NCBI RefSeq assembly: GCF_009914755.1
Contig: NC_060926.1
Source of the DNA: the human T2T-CHM13v2.0 reference genome, Homo sapiens
Reading direction: 5' to 3' (one strand)
DNA: 64,000 bases
In this document: piece after piece, positions 13,985-28,920 of the stretch
Position numbering within the stretch: position 1 is the stretch's first letter
How the letters are laid out: every line of letters begins with the position of its first letter
Made by a program: the position numbers and the translations under genes
The notes under the pieces: model-generated
Told to the model about the DNA's origin: nothing
The model's database searches: none
The model's input: the letters and a program-made list of their open reading frames with translations, nothing else

Positions 13985-14792
13985 TTTCACCTTTCAGTTG
14001 GTAGTACCCTAAAAGGGGAGAGAGGCAGACAACCACAAAAATACAAGCAGATGTTTGCAAAGGCAATACAGGCAAGCAAGTTCAGCTTAATGCTATACAA
14101 GGCTCCTAATCCAAACATGGGAATCCAGGGATTTGTGGATCCTGGAGAGGTCACCTACTCTCAGAATCTCTCTCTCCTTACCCAGTCTTACTGCCCCAAA
14201 TCCCCAGCACTAGCTTTTTAGACAAAAACAGTTGCGTATGGAAGGTACTGTTTAAAATGCATGCGGTCAGCAACTGCCCATTGAGCCTCTCTCACACCTT
14301 CAGATTCTTTGATGAGGTTGGCTTACAAAGCTCAGGACCGAGGTACATTCTGATCCAATGGATTTCTGTGGGGACGAGCCTCACCCACCTGGGGCTGAGT
14401 GGAGCAACTCTTACTGTTGTACACCCAGACTGCAGAACCTGAGCCCTAAAGGCTATGGGGACCTGCCCTTCCTCCCCACACTCTACCTCCAGAGCCCTCC
14501 CTTTCTCTGAAAAAACAATGCTTTATTATAGTTATACAGGATGGAAAAGAAGAATGATGAGAGGAAAGAGAAGAAACAGATAAAAGGGAAAGAGGAGCAG
14601 GGGAGAAAGCTAACTGTGTGATGGAGAAGAGGGAACCAATGAACTTGGGATTTGAGAGTATGTGAAATCATAGTTTAAAACCTTTAAGGTTTTGTCTTTT
14701 AACTCCGGCCACCTCTCAGCCACCTATGCTGAGATACTTGTGTGTGAGATTCTTTTTTTTTTTTTCTTTTTTTGGTGTTTTCTTAATGCTAG

Positions 14793-14828
14793 ATCAATGA
14801 AAATACTGTTTCAGCTTGAATTTATGAT
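14793..14828 (+). other. Candidate 36-nt cassette microexon
   Basis: Long poly-T tract + cttaatgctag acceptor; GAT|gtaagt donor; length 3n; one open frame (SMKILFQLEFM). Confidence 0.35.
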
Positions 14829-15529
14829 GTAAGTGAGCCAGTTATTGAAGTAAGCTTGCTGTGTGTACACCATGAACTACTCAATTTACAATATGAAAAT
14901 AATTCCCAATATTAAGTGTAAATAAAGTATGATTTACATTTTATGTAACTGCTAGTTTATGAGTACTCAAGACTTTGTACATTTTAACAAGGCCTATTTT
15001 TAATTGAATATTGAAAAACTAGATCCTCAAACTTTTCATCACATACATTGAGTTACAAACTTGACAAACCACCCCATCTTCTTCCTTGCATTTTTACCAC
15101 CACACTTTGTATTTCATGCCGTGGTCATGACAGGCACCTGTTGATACCCAGAAAAAGAACTTTGAATGTGTCTACTGTAATAGTGTGCATTGATCCTGTT
15201 GATCCCTGTGATCTTTGAAGTGTGTGTTTCACCAGTCATTAATTTATTTTGTCTGTACGTACGTCATTTTAGGTCAGCTCTCTGTTGTCAATATTTCTAG
15301 CATATATATTTGATTAGCTCTAAGTGGAGATTTTTGTTTGTGGATATCTTGGACAATTATAGTTATCATTTCATGCTTTATAGGGTTTTTGTTTTCTGTG
15401 TTAACATCACCACTACCACCATAATCACAATGGTATTTATTGAGCAACCTCTGTGTAAATTGGGTAGACATTTTCTCTTAGGTCATAGATTCATGGGTTT
15501 AATATAAAAAAGGGGCGGGCAGAGGAAGC

Positions 15530-16109
<580 letters not shown>

Positions 16110-16546
16110 TAATGCTTTGTGTGGTTTTAGTTTTTTAACATTTTTTGAATAGTTGTGACAGCTTGATCACATCTCCAGATAACATTGCATATGAAGCATT
16201 TAAAGATCAGTAATAAATATAAAATTTAAGGAAGTTCCATGAGGTAATAGAAACCATTCCAAAATGAAAACAGAAGAGGTCTATGTTTTAGGTTCAGGTC
16301 GGCACTAAGCTGTAACTATAAACTTTGAATATTTTATTTATGTATAAAATGAGAAAGCAGAGATACATAATTTCTAAGGTTGAGCTTTAAAATTATATGC
16401 CTATATGGTCTGAAAAACATTCTTGAACTATTTTAATTTTGCCTATCATCCAAATACATTTTAAAAGGAAATTCTATTTTCTCTGACTTTGTGTTTGAAT
16501 TAAGAAGATGAAAATCAATTTGGCCTGATTACAGAACTTAACTATA

Positions 16547-16601
16547 TTAGGCTGGTGCAAAAGTAACTGTAAAAACAGCAATTACTTTTGCACCAATCTA
16601 A
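16547..16601. mobile_element. MADE1 mariner MITE (internally deleted)
   Basis: TA-ttaggctggtgcaaaagtaactg ... caattacttttgcaccaatctaa-TA: inverted termini with TA target duplication. Confidence 0.9.
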
Positions 16602-16649
16602 TAATATCAGCAACAGCCAAACACTAATAGCAATAATAATTTGCCTACT

Positions 16650-16830
16650 TTTAAAATCATGTGTTATCTTTAACTGTGCAACTCTACAAAATTGTTGAGT
16701 GGTTGTTCCCATTTCACAGATAAATAAATTGAGGCTCAAATAAGTCAATATGATTGGGGTCAGAAGAGCTACTACAGGTGGGACTTGAGTTTACACTCAG
16801 CTTTCCTTGTATTCTAAGCCCATTGTCCTT
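16650..16830 (-). mobile_element. MIR
   Basis: cccatttcacagataaataaattgaggctcaaataagtcaa MIR core. Confidence 0.7.
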
Positions 16831-17379
16831 ACATCATTCCAAAGGCAAGTCCCAGCCCAGAAGTCTTTGAGCATCCCAAGTAGGGAGGGTATGTGGCTTA
16901 AGGGACTGGTTGCCTCTTCTGTGATGAAAGCTGTGTCCTTGCTCTGCAGCTCAGGATTAGACACTACCAGATGTGATATACAGAGGGGAACAAGGTGAGC
17001 TCTTCCTCATTTCCCCCCAAAAAAGACATGGGACCCTTTGGTGTAATGAAAGAACCTAGCCCAATGGCTTAAATCCTATTTTATGTTACAAATGTAGGTA
17101 GCATTACTGAAAAGAGATAGATTTAGAATAAATGCACCAAGGTTTTACTTTCAAAGATAAGTAGAAGTTTGAATGAGTTTGCTAAGAGGAATTTTAGAAT
17201 GGATGTATAAATAGGGCTCAATAGTTATTTGGATGAGATTGCAGTTGCATAGATCCTTAACAAGTTATACAGTTAAAGTTGGTATATTTTTTTGATGTTT
17301 GCCAGAGAGGGGGAGCAGAGTTAGCATTATCTCCTTGATGGACACCCATCTTCCTCCCTAATGAATAATAACAACAATG

Positions 17380-17600
17380 AAAATAATGACTACATTACTG
17401 ACAGGCTATTCTCTGCCAGCCGTGGTGTTAGGTGCTTTGCACTTATTACTTCTTTTGATTCTGCTGACAGCCATACTAGGGAAGAACACTATTGTCTTTG
17501 TTTTATAGATGAGGGGGCAGAGCCTCCAAAAAATTAAATGCCTTGTCCAAAGTCACATGGAGGCAAAACCACAATTTAGACTGGTCTGCCCAGAGCCCGT
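17380..17600 (-). mobile_element. MIR
   Basis: taggtgctttgcac...ttttatagatgagggggcagagcctc...ttgtccaaagtcaca. Confidence 0.7.
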
Positions 17601-17624
17601 ATTTCTTCTTTCTCTCTCTCTCTT

Positions 17625-17745
17625 TTTTTTTTTTTTAACTTTTTATTTGGAAATAATTTTAAATTTACAAAAAGTTGCAGAAAAGTACAAAGAACGATAT
17701 ATGCTTTACTCAGATTTGCCTGTTAACATTTTGCCCTATTTTTGA
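17625..17745 (-). mobile_element. L1MC 3' end fragment
   Basis: ttttatttggaaataattttaaatttacaaaaagttgcag...gttaacattttgcc. Confidence 0.65.
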
Positions 17746-18773
17746 CCCCACACTCTCCTGTTACACTGCAGCCTCACAAAGAGAGGCTATCATTTATTTT
17801 TAGTGCCCTGGATTTAGTTGATCTCATGATCAGCCCAGTCTGGCTCACCTTGTTCAATGCTCTAGTGAAATTCTACATTTCAAGTATCTTTGAAATAGAA
17901 GAATTGGTGTCACATTGTAGTTATACGAAGACTATACATGAGATGAATGCATAAATCTAACTGGGGTGGAGAAATGACTACCTTTTACAAATTGTCCCTC
18001 TAAAACGTTTTGGGGTTTGCTGATTATTTTCGAAAGAATGTTGACAGAGGCCTGGCAGTAATAAATAATACACCTTGTGTTATTTTTCCTTGCAGAGATT
18101 TCCTTTTTGAGTGGCATTTTTTTCCCTTTTTAGGTTTATTTACCCAGTTGTTGAAATCAAAATTAAATGCAAGTCACAGTTCTTTGGACTGTCAAAGGAC
18201 ATGACCAGAAGAGGGCAGACTTGCATGCTGCAACCGTTTCCCGTGTAATTGAGCAATCTGCATGCTGATGTTATAGAATGGCAATGAAGAGAGATTTAAT
18301 AATAACTAAAATGAAAGGCTTATGCTTATTTGGTACAGGATTTCTAATAAGACATCAGAGTCAAAGAGGCTTAAAAGAACAATGTGCTCTATTTAGTGTA
18401 TTCTAAATGTGAAGAAAACCATATTCGTTTGATTCTATTTTTTTTTTCTTTCTGAGGCAGTACTCGTTTCCTCAGTATTTCTGAGTTTGGTTTTTTTTAT
18501 TTTTTTTCTCATGCTGGGATTTTTTTTTTTCTCTGTAGTCACCCAGAGAATTTTCAGTGGTGAATGCTTTTGAATGCCTTATAAAGGTACAAAGTTTATC
18601 TACAGTTTACGGTATTATTTAATTGTCATACCTGTGAAAGGAGGAATGGTGAAAATCCCTTATTTATGCCTCTACTTCCTGAATGTGCCCTGTGGGAACA
18701 GAGTTACAGACAACCCGACCCCCTTTTCCTCCTCTTGGCTCTTGCCTGCAACCGGCATCCTCTGGCCCTTCGA

Positions 18774-18808
18774 GTGCCACCATCTAGTGGCTGTTTCTGG
18801 AAACTCCA
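18774..18808 (-). promoter_or_regulatory. CTCF-like site (core plus upstream motif)
   Basis: Minus strand TGGAGTTTCC-agaaa-cagCCACTAGATGGTGGCAC versus core CCASYAGRKGGCRS (one C>T) and a TGCAG..CC-like upstream module. Confidence 0.6.
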
Positions 18809-18992
18809 AGCGTCCTTTTTTTTTTTCCTAGCATCTTTCAACCCACCTCAGTTGTAGACAGGCTTAATTAAAGTTGTCTAAGGAAGCTTCTTTCTTTTGG
18901 ATACTGGCATAACCATTTTCCTTACCTTAAGCCATCGTTCCTCACCTTAATCCATCTTGCCTCATTATATTAGAGAAGTTTCACAGTCTTTC

Positions 18993-19125
18993 CAGGGGTA
19001 GAGGTCTAAAATTTATACACTTGGGAGACTCTAGTTAAAAATAATACAAAATCATGAATAAACATTAGATACCAGGATTTAGAGGAGGCCTGTGCAGATG
19101 AAGAGTCTTGAAGCTTGAAGTCTCT
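18993..19125 (-). mobile_element. MER53-like DNA element
   Basis: aatacaaaatcatgaata...gaggcctgtgcagatgaagagtcttgaagcttgaag resembles the reverse complement of MER53. Confidence 0.5.
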
Positions 19126-19734
19126 TAGATTTTTCTCTTATCTCCTCCCCACACTCACCTTTCTTTCGTTTTCTGTCATGTTACATGACCTAAGTAAGCC
19201 ACGAAAGAGCCACTTTTCTTATCCTGTTTGCTAAGTATTGATGTGAAGGTAGTTTCCATTGTTTTGTGATGAAATTACACATAGAAAATAATGCCATTGA
19301 CCTCCAGATGTCTTTTTATGACCTCTTCCTCCCTTCTTATTAAATATTCTTCCCAATGGAAAACAAATATTCATAAAAATTACATAGAGGTTTCTTATTC
19401 AATTTCTTGTCATTTCTACTTAATTGTCAACATCATAATAGTATTTGGTAGTGCTTTGCTTTAAACATCAATTTTTGTTTCAAATGTAAGCCAGTTGACT
19501 TACATTCTAAGTTAGGGTTTTCTGGCCTGGCTGGAAGAACTAACAGCCACATATAGCACTTTTATAAAGGAAACTACTATCAGTGTTACAAACAACAAAT
19601 TTAGAAATGAAATTTGAGAAAACAACCTGCTCATAAGATGGGGCCAGTCTACGTGACGTGGAAGACAATCCATCGTTTCACTTAGCATTCTGCATGTAGT
19701 GTCTGCAATCTTCAGGCTATGTCTTCACTCATGA

Positions 19735-20144
19735 TTTCTTGACATATCTGCACACACCCCTCATTATTTCATATTTCTCTAAATTTTCTCACTTTTCAAA
19801 TCATCTGTATTTACAAGGCTAATGGTATATTACTATGCCTTCAAAGGAACATTAGTATCATTTGTCATAATTAGAAGATAACCACAGAAAAAAATACAAT
19901 GACATGAAAATGAAATTAAATATTAAGAAGATACTGAAGCCGGCCAAGGGCCCTGTTCCCTCTATTAAAAAGGAAGATTAGAACAGGCTGGAGAGGCTTA
20001 AAGTAAAAGAAATGAAGACTGTATTCTAAAGCTAATCAGAAGACTGAAAAGACAATTAAAAGAGGACTACATTTCTTTCTAAGTAATTCTGTGGTGCTTA
20101 ATGTCCCATCCTGGTTCTATTTAAAATAGTCTTTGAGAAACACT
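19735..20144. mobile_element. MER113-like hAT-Charlie
   Basis: ttaaaaaggaagattag...taatcagaagactgaaaagacaattaaaag; terminal tttgagaaacactg. Confidence 0.55.
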
Positions 20145-21904
20145 GATGAAGAAAGTTTTTGTTTTTACTCTTGTAGACATTCCACATGCCTTTCGAGATT
20201 CATTCTATTGACCTTTTAGAGGGTGGGATTAATCATGATGTGTTGAGGCAGACATGTTTTTTAAACTCTATGTTACTCAGATTTGATTGGTATAACACCA
20301 ACTTCCCATGGCTATTTTAACTGTTAAATTAGAAAACACATGGAAAAAAGCCTAGAACAGTGGTTTTCCCTCAAAAATGGCAGTGCCCTCAAATCTGCTC
20401 CCATCTCCCAACCAAGGAGGAGCTGAGAAGTAAGGGAGGAGGGGAGAACCAGCTCACTGTCACCTATTTCATTGTGTAAAGCAAATGAGCCCTTTGTTTT
20501 TATAGATATGTAATAATATGAATAAACATATACATTGTAGAGCTTGATTTGTAGAACAGAATTTGGATCCTCATTATATGATTTTTTCACAGTTTCAGAA
20601 AATGGAGTATCAGAAACAGTGATGAAGATGTATTTGGATTGACAGTCTAATTAAAGATATTTCTCAGTGTAACATTTATACATATGAGTAGATTCACAAT
20701 TTGGAAGATTTTAAGACACTTTCCTGTATGTGTGTGTGTGCTTATGTGTGTTGGAGGGATTTGTAGCTGTCAGAAAATATTATTATCCAACATTTTTAGA
20801 GAGTGAACCGAATTGTAAGAACAGCGAGCGATCTGTTCGCATTATGCACTTAAATTATGACTAAAATCACAGGCATAAAATCAGAGTATGCACTTTTTGC
20901 ATAAAGACAAAGCATTTGTTCTTCAAATGAGATGGAGGTGGCTCCAAAGAGATAGCCATGGCTTTAAATGGCACTTGCCAATTTTTTTTAAAAGTATTAT
21001 CTAGAACACTTTAGGGCACAATGTGTAGTAATGTAGTTACTACAAGGCTGTTTGATTCATTGCCAAATAGTACTCAGAATTCAGAGATCAGATAAATTAG
21101 ATTTTAATTGGGTTTTAAAGCTAAGATGAATAGGTAGATAAGGTAGAATTGGTCAGAAACATACTAATGTAATAAAACCTTTGGTTCTCTAAGGCTCTTG
21201 CATTAAAGACCAGGCAGCTATCACTGACAGACAATGCCATGGAGTGGTCCTGAAAGATCGATATTAACAGGTGGAGTGTGCACTGGGTTCCAACATAATC
21301 ATGTTACCTGGAGCCATGGAAAAACAGAGGCCTGACTTGAACTCTCCGTTATATTATAGAATTTTGAACACAAAATGAAATGGAGTTTTACCAGCCTGAT
21401 AGGACTCTCAAACACAGAGTTTATTATTGTTTTGTTAGCAATTTTAAAAAAAATATTCAAGGCACAGCACCAAGTTGTTTATGTCTGAGTGTGTTGAGTG
21501 CCTGATTGTGTAGACATGGGTAGCTGAAGTAGCTTGTAGCATCTGACTCCAAATTGAGACTTGTGACTTTTTAGACTTAACTTTCTGTGTAAGTCTGTTA
21601 TTTTCCATCCGTCTGTCCATTACCGCAGTATTTACCTGTTTACATTGGAATAAATATATTCAAATGACTGTTATTTTACAATGTTTATAAAATACATACA
21701 CTGAACTCATTTTGTTTTCTGCTGTCTTAAAATGAGTTTTTTTTCCTTAATATTTAGAGATCTTTTGTTAAAAAAGCTATAGAAATCTTTTGTTACTTTC
21801 TCTCCCAAAATGCTGTTTCCTTTGGGAATTTTATTTTTATTTTAGTTGTTTGTTTTCCTTGTTTGTAATATCCTATTTTTTTATTCTACAATTGGCCATT
21901 TTGT

Positions 21905-22560
<656 letters not shown>

Positions 22561-22977
22561 TTAAAGAAATTTTCTACAAATTTTCTGAAATTTTCTGATG
22601 GAAAGGTTTTGTTTTGTTGTGTTTTTAAAGATAATTGCAAAATGCTTATTATACATGTGAAATTGCAGATAAATACCGATTTGATCTTTGGCATTATTTT
22701 TTGCTTGGGGAATACTCATTGCTGCTATTATAAATCTTTCACCCCATCCTCACTTCTTCTATCCCTGTGCTTCCTCTGCCTAGCAACCTGAAAAAAGCAA
22801 GCCTTCTAGCAGGCAGCAGATGAAGGTTGCCATGAAAACTGTGAATCAGTCAGGACCCAGGCATCCATGTGTGTGGGGAGCTGTCAGCAACCTCTCTTTC
22901 TGATGTTGTGCCTTTTTCCTCTGGCACATTTCTGTTGGTGTGCTCAAGGGGTCTGTAGTGCAAATGCAACCTGTGGA

Positions 22978-23240
22978 CCATCATAGCTTAGCCTAGCCTA
23001 CCTTAAATGTGTTCGGCACACTTACAGTAGCCTATGGGTGGGCAAAATAATCTAATACAGAGCCTATTTTATAACAAAATGTTAAATATCTCATGTAATT
23101 TATTGAATATCGCATGAAAAGAGAAACAGAATGGTTGTATGGCTACTCAAAAATCGATTTCTACTGAATGCATATTGCTTTCTCACCATCAAAATGTTGA
23201 AAAATTCTAAGTTGAACCATTGTAAGTCGAGGACCATGCA
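22978..23240 (+). mobile_element. MER47A (TcMar-Tigger), 5'-truncated
   Basis: catcatagcttagcctagcctaccttaaa...gaaccattgtaagtcgaggacca. Confidence 0.85.
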
Positions 23241-23870
23241 TACTGCTTTATCCCAAAAGAGTGATCTTTATAGCATGAATTTCAGAAGCCACAAGAAGCC
23301 TACTGAGGGACTGGTAGTCTTGAGCTTCTGCATTTCTAATCAGCTTTGTGGCTGCCAGGTCCAGCTTATGTGGATTCTGCAGATCCCAGCATTGCTCTCG
23401 TGTTTGACTTTTATTCCCATGTTCTTTTGCACCATTATTGAAAAATTGACATCCTCAACTTTGCCAGCCTGTTTCTCAGCAATAGCTTTTATTTCCCTAT
23501 AGCCTATATTTGAATGTTAACCTTTCAATGTGGTCTTATACTCATTTATTTTGACTGGCCTGTCCTTAACTCTACTATTTCAGGACAGATTGCATCAATC
23601 TGGACTCTGGCCACTCCCTCTCTTATTCCTGTACTGCTCCAGTTATGCAGAGTGCTCCAGCAGCAACCATTCTGGTGTTCCGGGCCGTTGATTGCATTCT
23701 GAGACCTTGTCATGGGACACCTAGAGTGCTACTTGATGATAAACATGATGCATTAATCTCACTAATGGTATTGCCCCACAAGTAGCAGGAATCCCCACTG
23801 AGTTAGATTTCTATAGGTGGGCTAGCAGTGAGTGCTGGATGATATCAGTCTTTAAACCACACGATTGTAG

Positions 23871-24187
<317 letters not shown>

Positions 24188-24339
24188 CAGAAAACTATTT
24201 TTTAAAGGATCTGTAGAAATTCTTAAAGATCCTACAATCCAAATTCTCATATTGTAATTAATTATAATAATAACAACCATAACATCATGTTGGCATAAGG
24301 TCTAAGCATAAGTCGTTTATGGCATAAGCTCCAGGCATA

Positions 24340-24625
24340 AGTGCTTTCTATCAACTGGCTCATTTAATCATCACCCCAACAGGATGGGGAGAAACCATTA
24401 TTAATCAAATCTTACAGGTGAGGGCACTGAGCATTAGAGAGGGTCACTATCTTGCCCAGGACCTTGCAGCCAGCAAGTGCCTATGCCAGGAATCAGGTCC
24501 ATGCAGACTGACTCTAGATGGCTGGACAGACCAGGAAGCCGAGAACCAGGAAGGCAGTGGTTTGCTCAAAGCCACACATCTGGTAGATGGCAGAGATGAT
24601 CAGGTTACCAGGTCCATGGCTCCCA
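24340..24625 (-). mobile_element. Two adjacent MIR fragments
   Basis: ttacaggtgagggcactgagcattagagaggg...; tttgctcaaagccacacatctggtagatggcagag. Confidence 0.6.
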
Positions 24626-25172
24626 GACCAGTATATGGCTGCCCATCATGCCTCTCTTGGTGATATTTTAGATTCTGTTTTGATAAGAGGTTGTTCTCAG
24701 TCATCATTTGTAGGAGACACGAAGAAAACAAAAGGGAAAACATTATTGTAATAGGTAGCACTGAAAGCAGCAGAAATAAAATATAGCGAGCCCTGAATCC
24801 TAAAAGTTTGGCTCTACCAGGCCAGGTACTCTGATGGTAGGAACAGTGTGCCAAATGAGGAGGTCTTGCCAATAATATTCTGATAATGTCTACCATTTAT
24901 TGTTCTTATACACTAAAGGACAACTTACCCAAGAGGCACAGTTACCAACCCAAGAGGCATACTTGCCATATCCCCAGTAAGTGGTGGAGTTGGGATTAAT
25001 TAGGACCCCTATCTGTCTGGCAACACATCTCTTTTGTGTTCTACAAAAATTTTCCTGCATCCTATCCTTGCATGCAGGAAAATTATATGAGATGAAATGT
25101 AGAAATGAAAAACCCTGCATGGACTGGTCCACTTGACACATTGACAACAAGAAGTTCCATTTATGAATGTTA

Positions 25173-26066
<894 letters not shown>

Positions 26067-27284
26067 AGGCATGGGAAGATCCTAAAAAGTGTCCAAAAAT
26101 TAACAGTAACCAAAATTGATAATTCTGCCATAATTAATCTATAATATGCTTAAAGATATGCAATAAAATATATAATCATAATGTGTTAGTTCTAGTATAA
26201 TCCATGTAGATATAATATACTTAAGGATGGGAGATTCTTGAGAATGAGTTCACCCATTAATTAATATGCCAATTTTTCTTCCCTTGTGTCTGTTTCTAAA
26301 TGAGAATGCTGCAGCCTGAAATTGCCTAAAATAAAAGAAACAAATAACTTACAGGGAAATTAACAAAGGAGGATTCTGAAATAATCTCATTCACAGTCAT
26401 TATTTATTGAAAGCCTATTACGTGCCATGCATTGGGCTAGGTACTGGGGGATGGAAGGGTGGGAACTAGGCAAGCACAGACTTTAAAACCTGCACAGTCT
26501 AATCATTTAATTAAAAAACCTTACCCTAACACCTTGAAACAACCCACTAGATGTAGCCAGTGTTTTTGGATGAAAACGTTTTGTTTCCTTTAAGTTGTAA
26601 AAACTAGGAGCTATATACTTTATTAATTCAGTAAACAAGTCATATATGTACCCAACTTTAAAGTGATGACTCAGATATTCAGAAAAAAAGTTTGGACTTC
26701 TAGGAGTTTACTCAAACACAATGTCTGTCCTTTCACTTATACCTCAGTGAACTGTCAAATGGTCACATAGGCCACTATGTCACTCCAGTATAATGGGGAC
26801 TACAAATACTGGGGCATGGTACAGAAATCAGTGACCACAAAGTACAGTGCAGTGTGGAGCGGGCTGGGGGTAGGGACCTGGAAATCTAAGCTTGAAAGTG
26901 ATTGCAACAAAAGTTTTAGCATAAGGAAATCCATGAGTACATCTTTGAAATATACCAACATCTAAGCACATGAGGAGAATCCTGGAGTAGAAGGGTGAAA
27001 CACTTCAAATTATATGCATTAATCATAAGAAACTGTCATATTCAATAAGTAGAGAAGGAGAAAAAGGGCTCACACAGTGTCCTCCATACACAATGACAGC
27101 ATTGTTTTAAACATTTCATTAAGCCTGTTAAGGTTCATTAAAGACAGTTTATGAACACATGTTTCATATAAGTTCCTTGTATTTCATGTATCAACATTTG
27201 TTTGCAGGAATATACATTGCCATTCTCAGAAGGGCAAAAATGAGAGTACTTAATGTTTTCATTTACCTTTTCTCATAAATAAGT

Positions 27285-27682
<398 letters not shown>

Positions 27683-28899
27683 TAGGGCAGAAAAAGACTA
27701 CTATATCTCATCACTCAAACACAACTACTTTTAACATTCGATGTAAATATTTCCATTATTTTTCTATGCAAAGGTTTTAATATTCTTTTCCTACCTAGTT
27801 AGCATCCTGTGTGTTCATTGACCAATGTGTTTAATTCTCTCCTTTTTAATAGACATGACCATTTAACTGTCTATTTGAAATCAGCAAAGCACTAGGTTTT
27901 TGACTTATTGGTTAAATTATATCCATTTACTTCTGTAACTGCCATATGTCAAATATCATGCTTAGTCCTGGAGATGAATAGTAAAATAAGTCACAAGCCA
28001 TATCCTCTGAGATTCTAGAGAAATTAATTTATCCAGCAGACATTTAGTTCAGTATCCATTATGTCCTCATAAAGTACGGGGCACCAAGAATCCAATGGTC
28101 AAGACGGTCTATTAGGGGAGGCTCCCAAGTGCTTCAGTGTTCATTTTATTGTGTCATGCTTGCTAAGACAGAGCTGCACACACGGTGCTATGGGAGCAGA
28201 AAACATGGGGTAACTAAATTAGACCTAGTGAATTAGGGGTGAAATAATTCAAGGAGAAGGTAATAGTTTGGCTAATTTTTGAAGGAGTTACATGAAAAGG
28301 TAAGAAAGAATATTCTAGGCAGAAGGAAGTACATGGCAAAAGAAGGAAATTAAAAAATAATACCTCATTAGAGTGGTCAGAGCCCCCTGCATCCATCAAG
28401 TCTAATGCTCTCCCCTCCCAGGGGAGAGAACTGAGGCCCAGAGAGGTTAATGTGCTCAACATCAAATAACTAATGAAAGCCAAAATGGGAACTAGAGCCA
28501 TGTCTCTTGACTCTATCCTATCAGACTGGGAGCTGCTGCCAGGAACAAAGGCTAAATTAAGCCTCCTTATTCCGTTTCATATTTAACACTAAGTGAGAGG
28601 AATGATCTACACTTCACAATGATAGAAATATTTGGAGACCCTTTGGCTCACCATGTTAATTACACTGAGAACTGAACTGAGAGTCTATTACTTTAAACCG
28701 AACACTGAGTCATTACTTTGCCCCATGAAGGAGATTTTTCAAGTGGTATTTTTCTTAAGGTTGAATATCGAAGTATATATCTAAATGATATAAATAGAAA
28801 TGTCTGGTGTAGTCCAATGTTAAACACAGCAAAGTTTCAATTAGCCAAATAAAAATTTCACAGCCCTCCATTATAATTTAATCTTGCTTTTCCTTTCAG

Positions 28900-28920
28900 A
28901 GAGGAAATCATATGAAAGAG
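28900..28920 (+). other. Candidate 21-nt microexon
   Basis: taatcttgcttttcctttcag|AGAGGAAATCATATGAAAGAG|gtgtgt; length 3n; open in two frames (RGNHMKE or xRKSYER). Confidence 0.3.
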
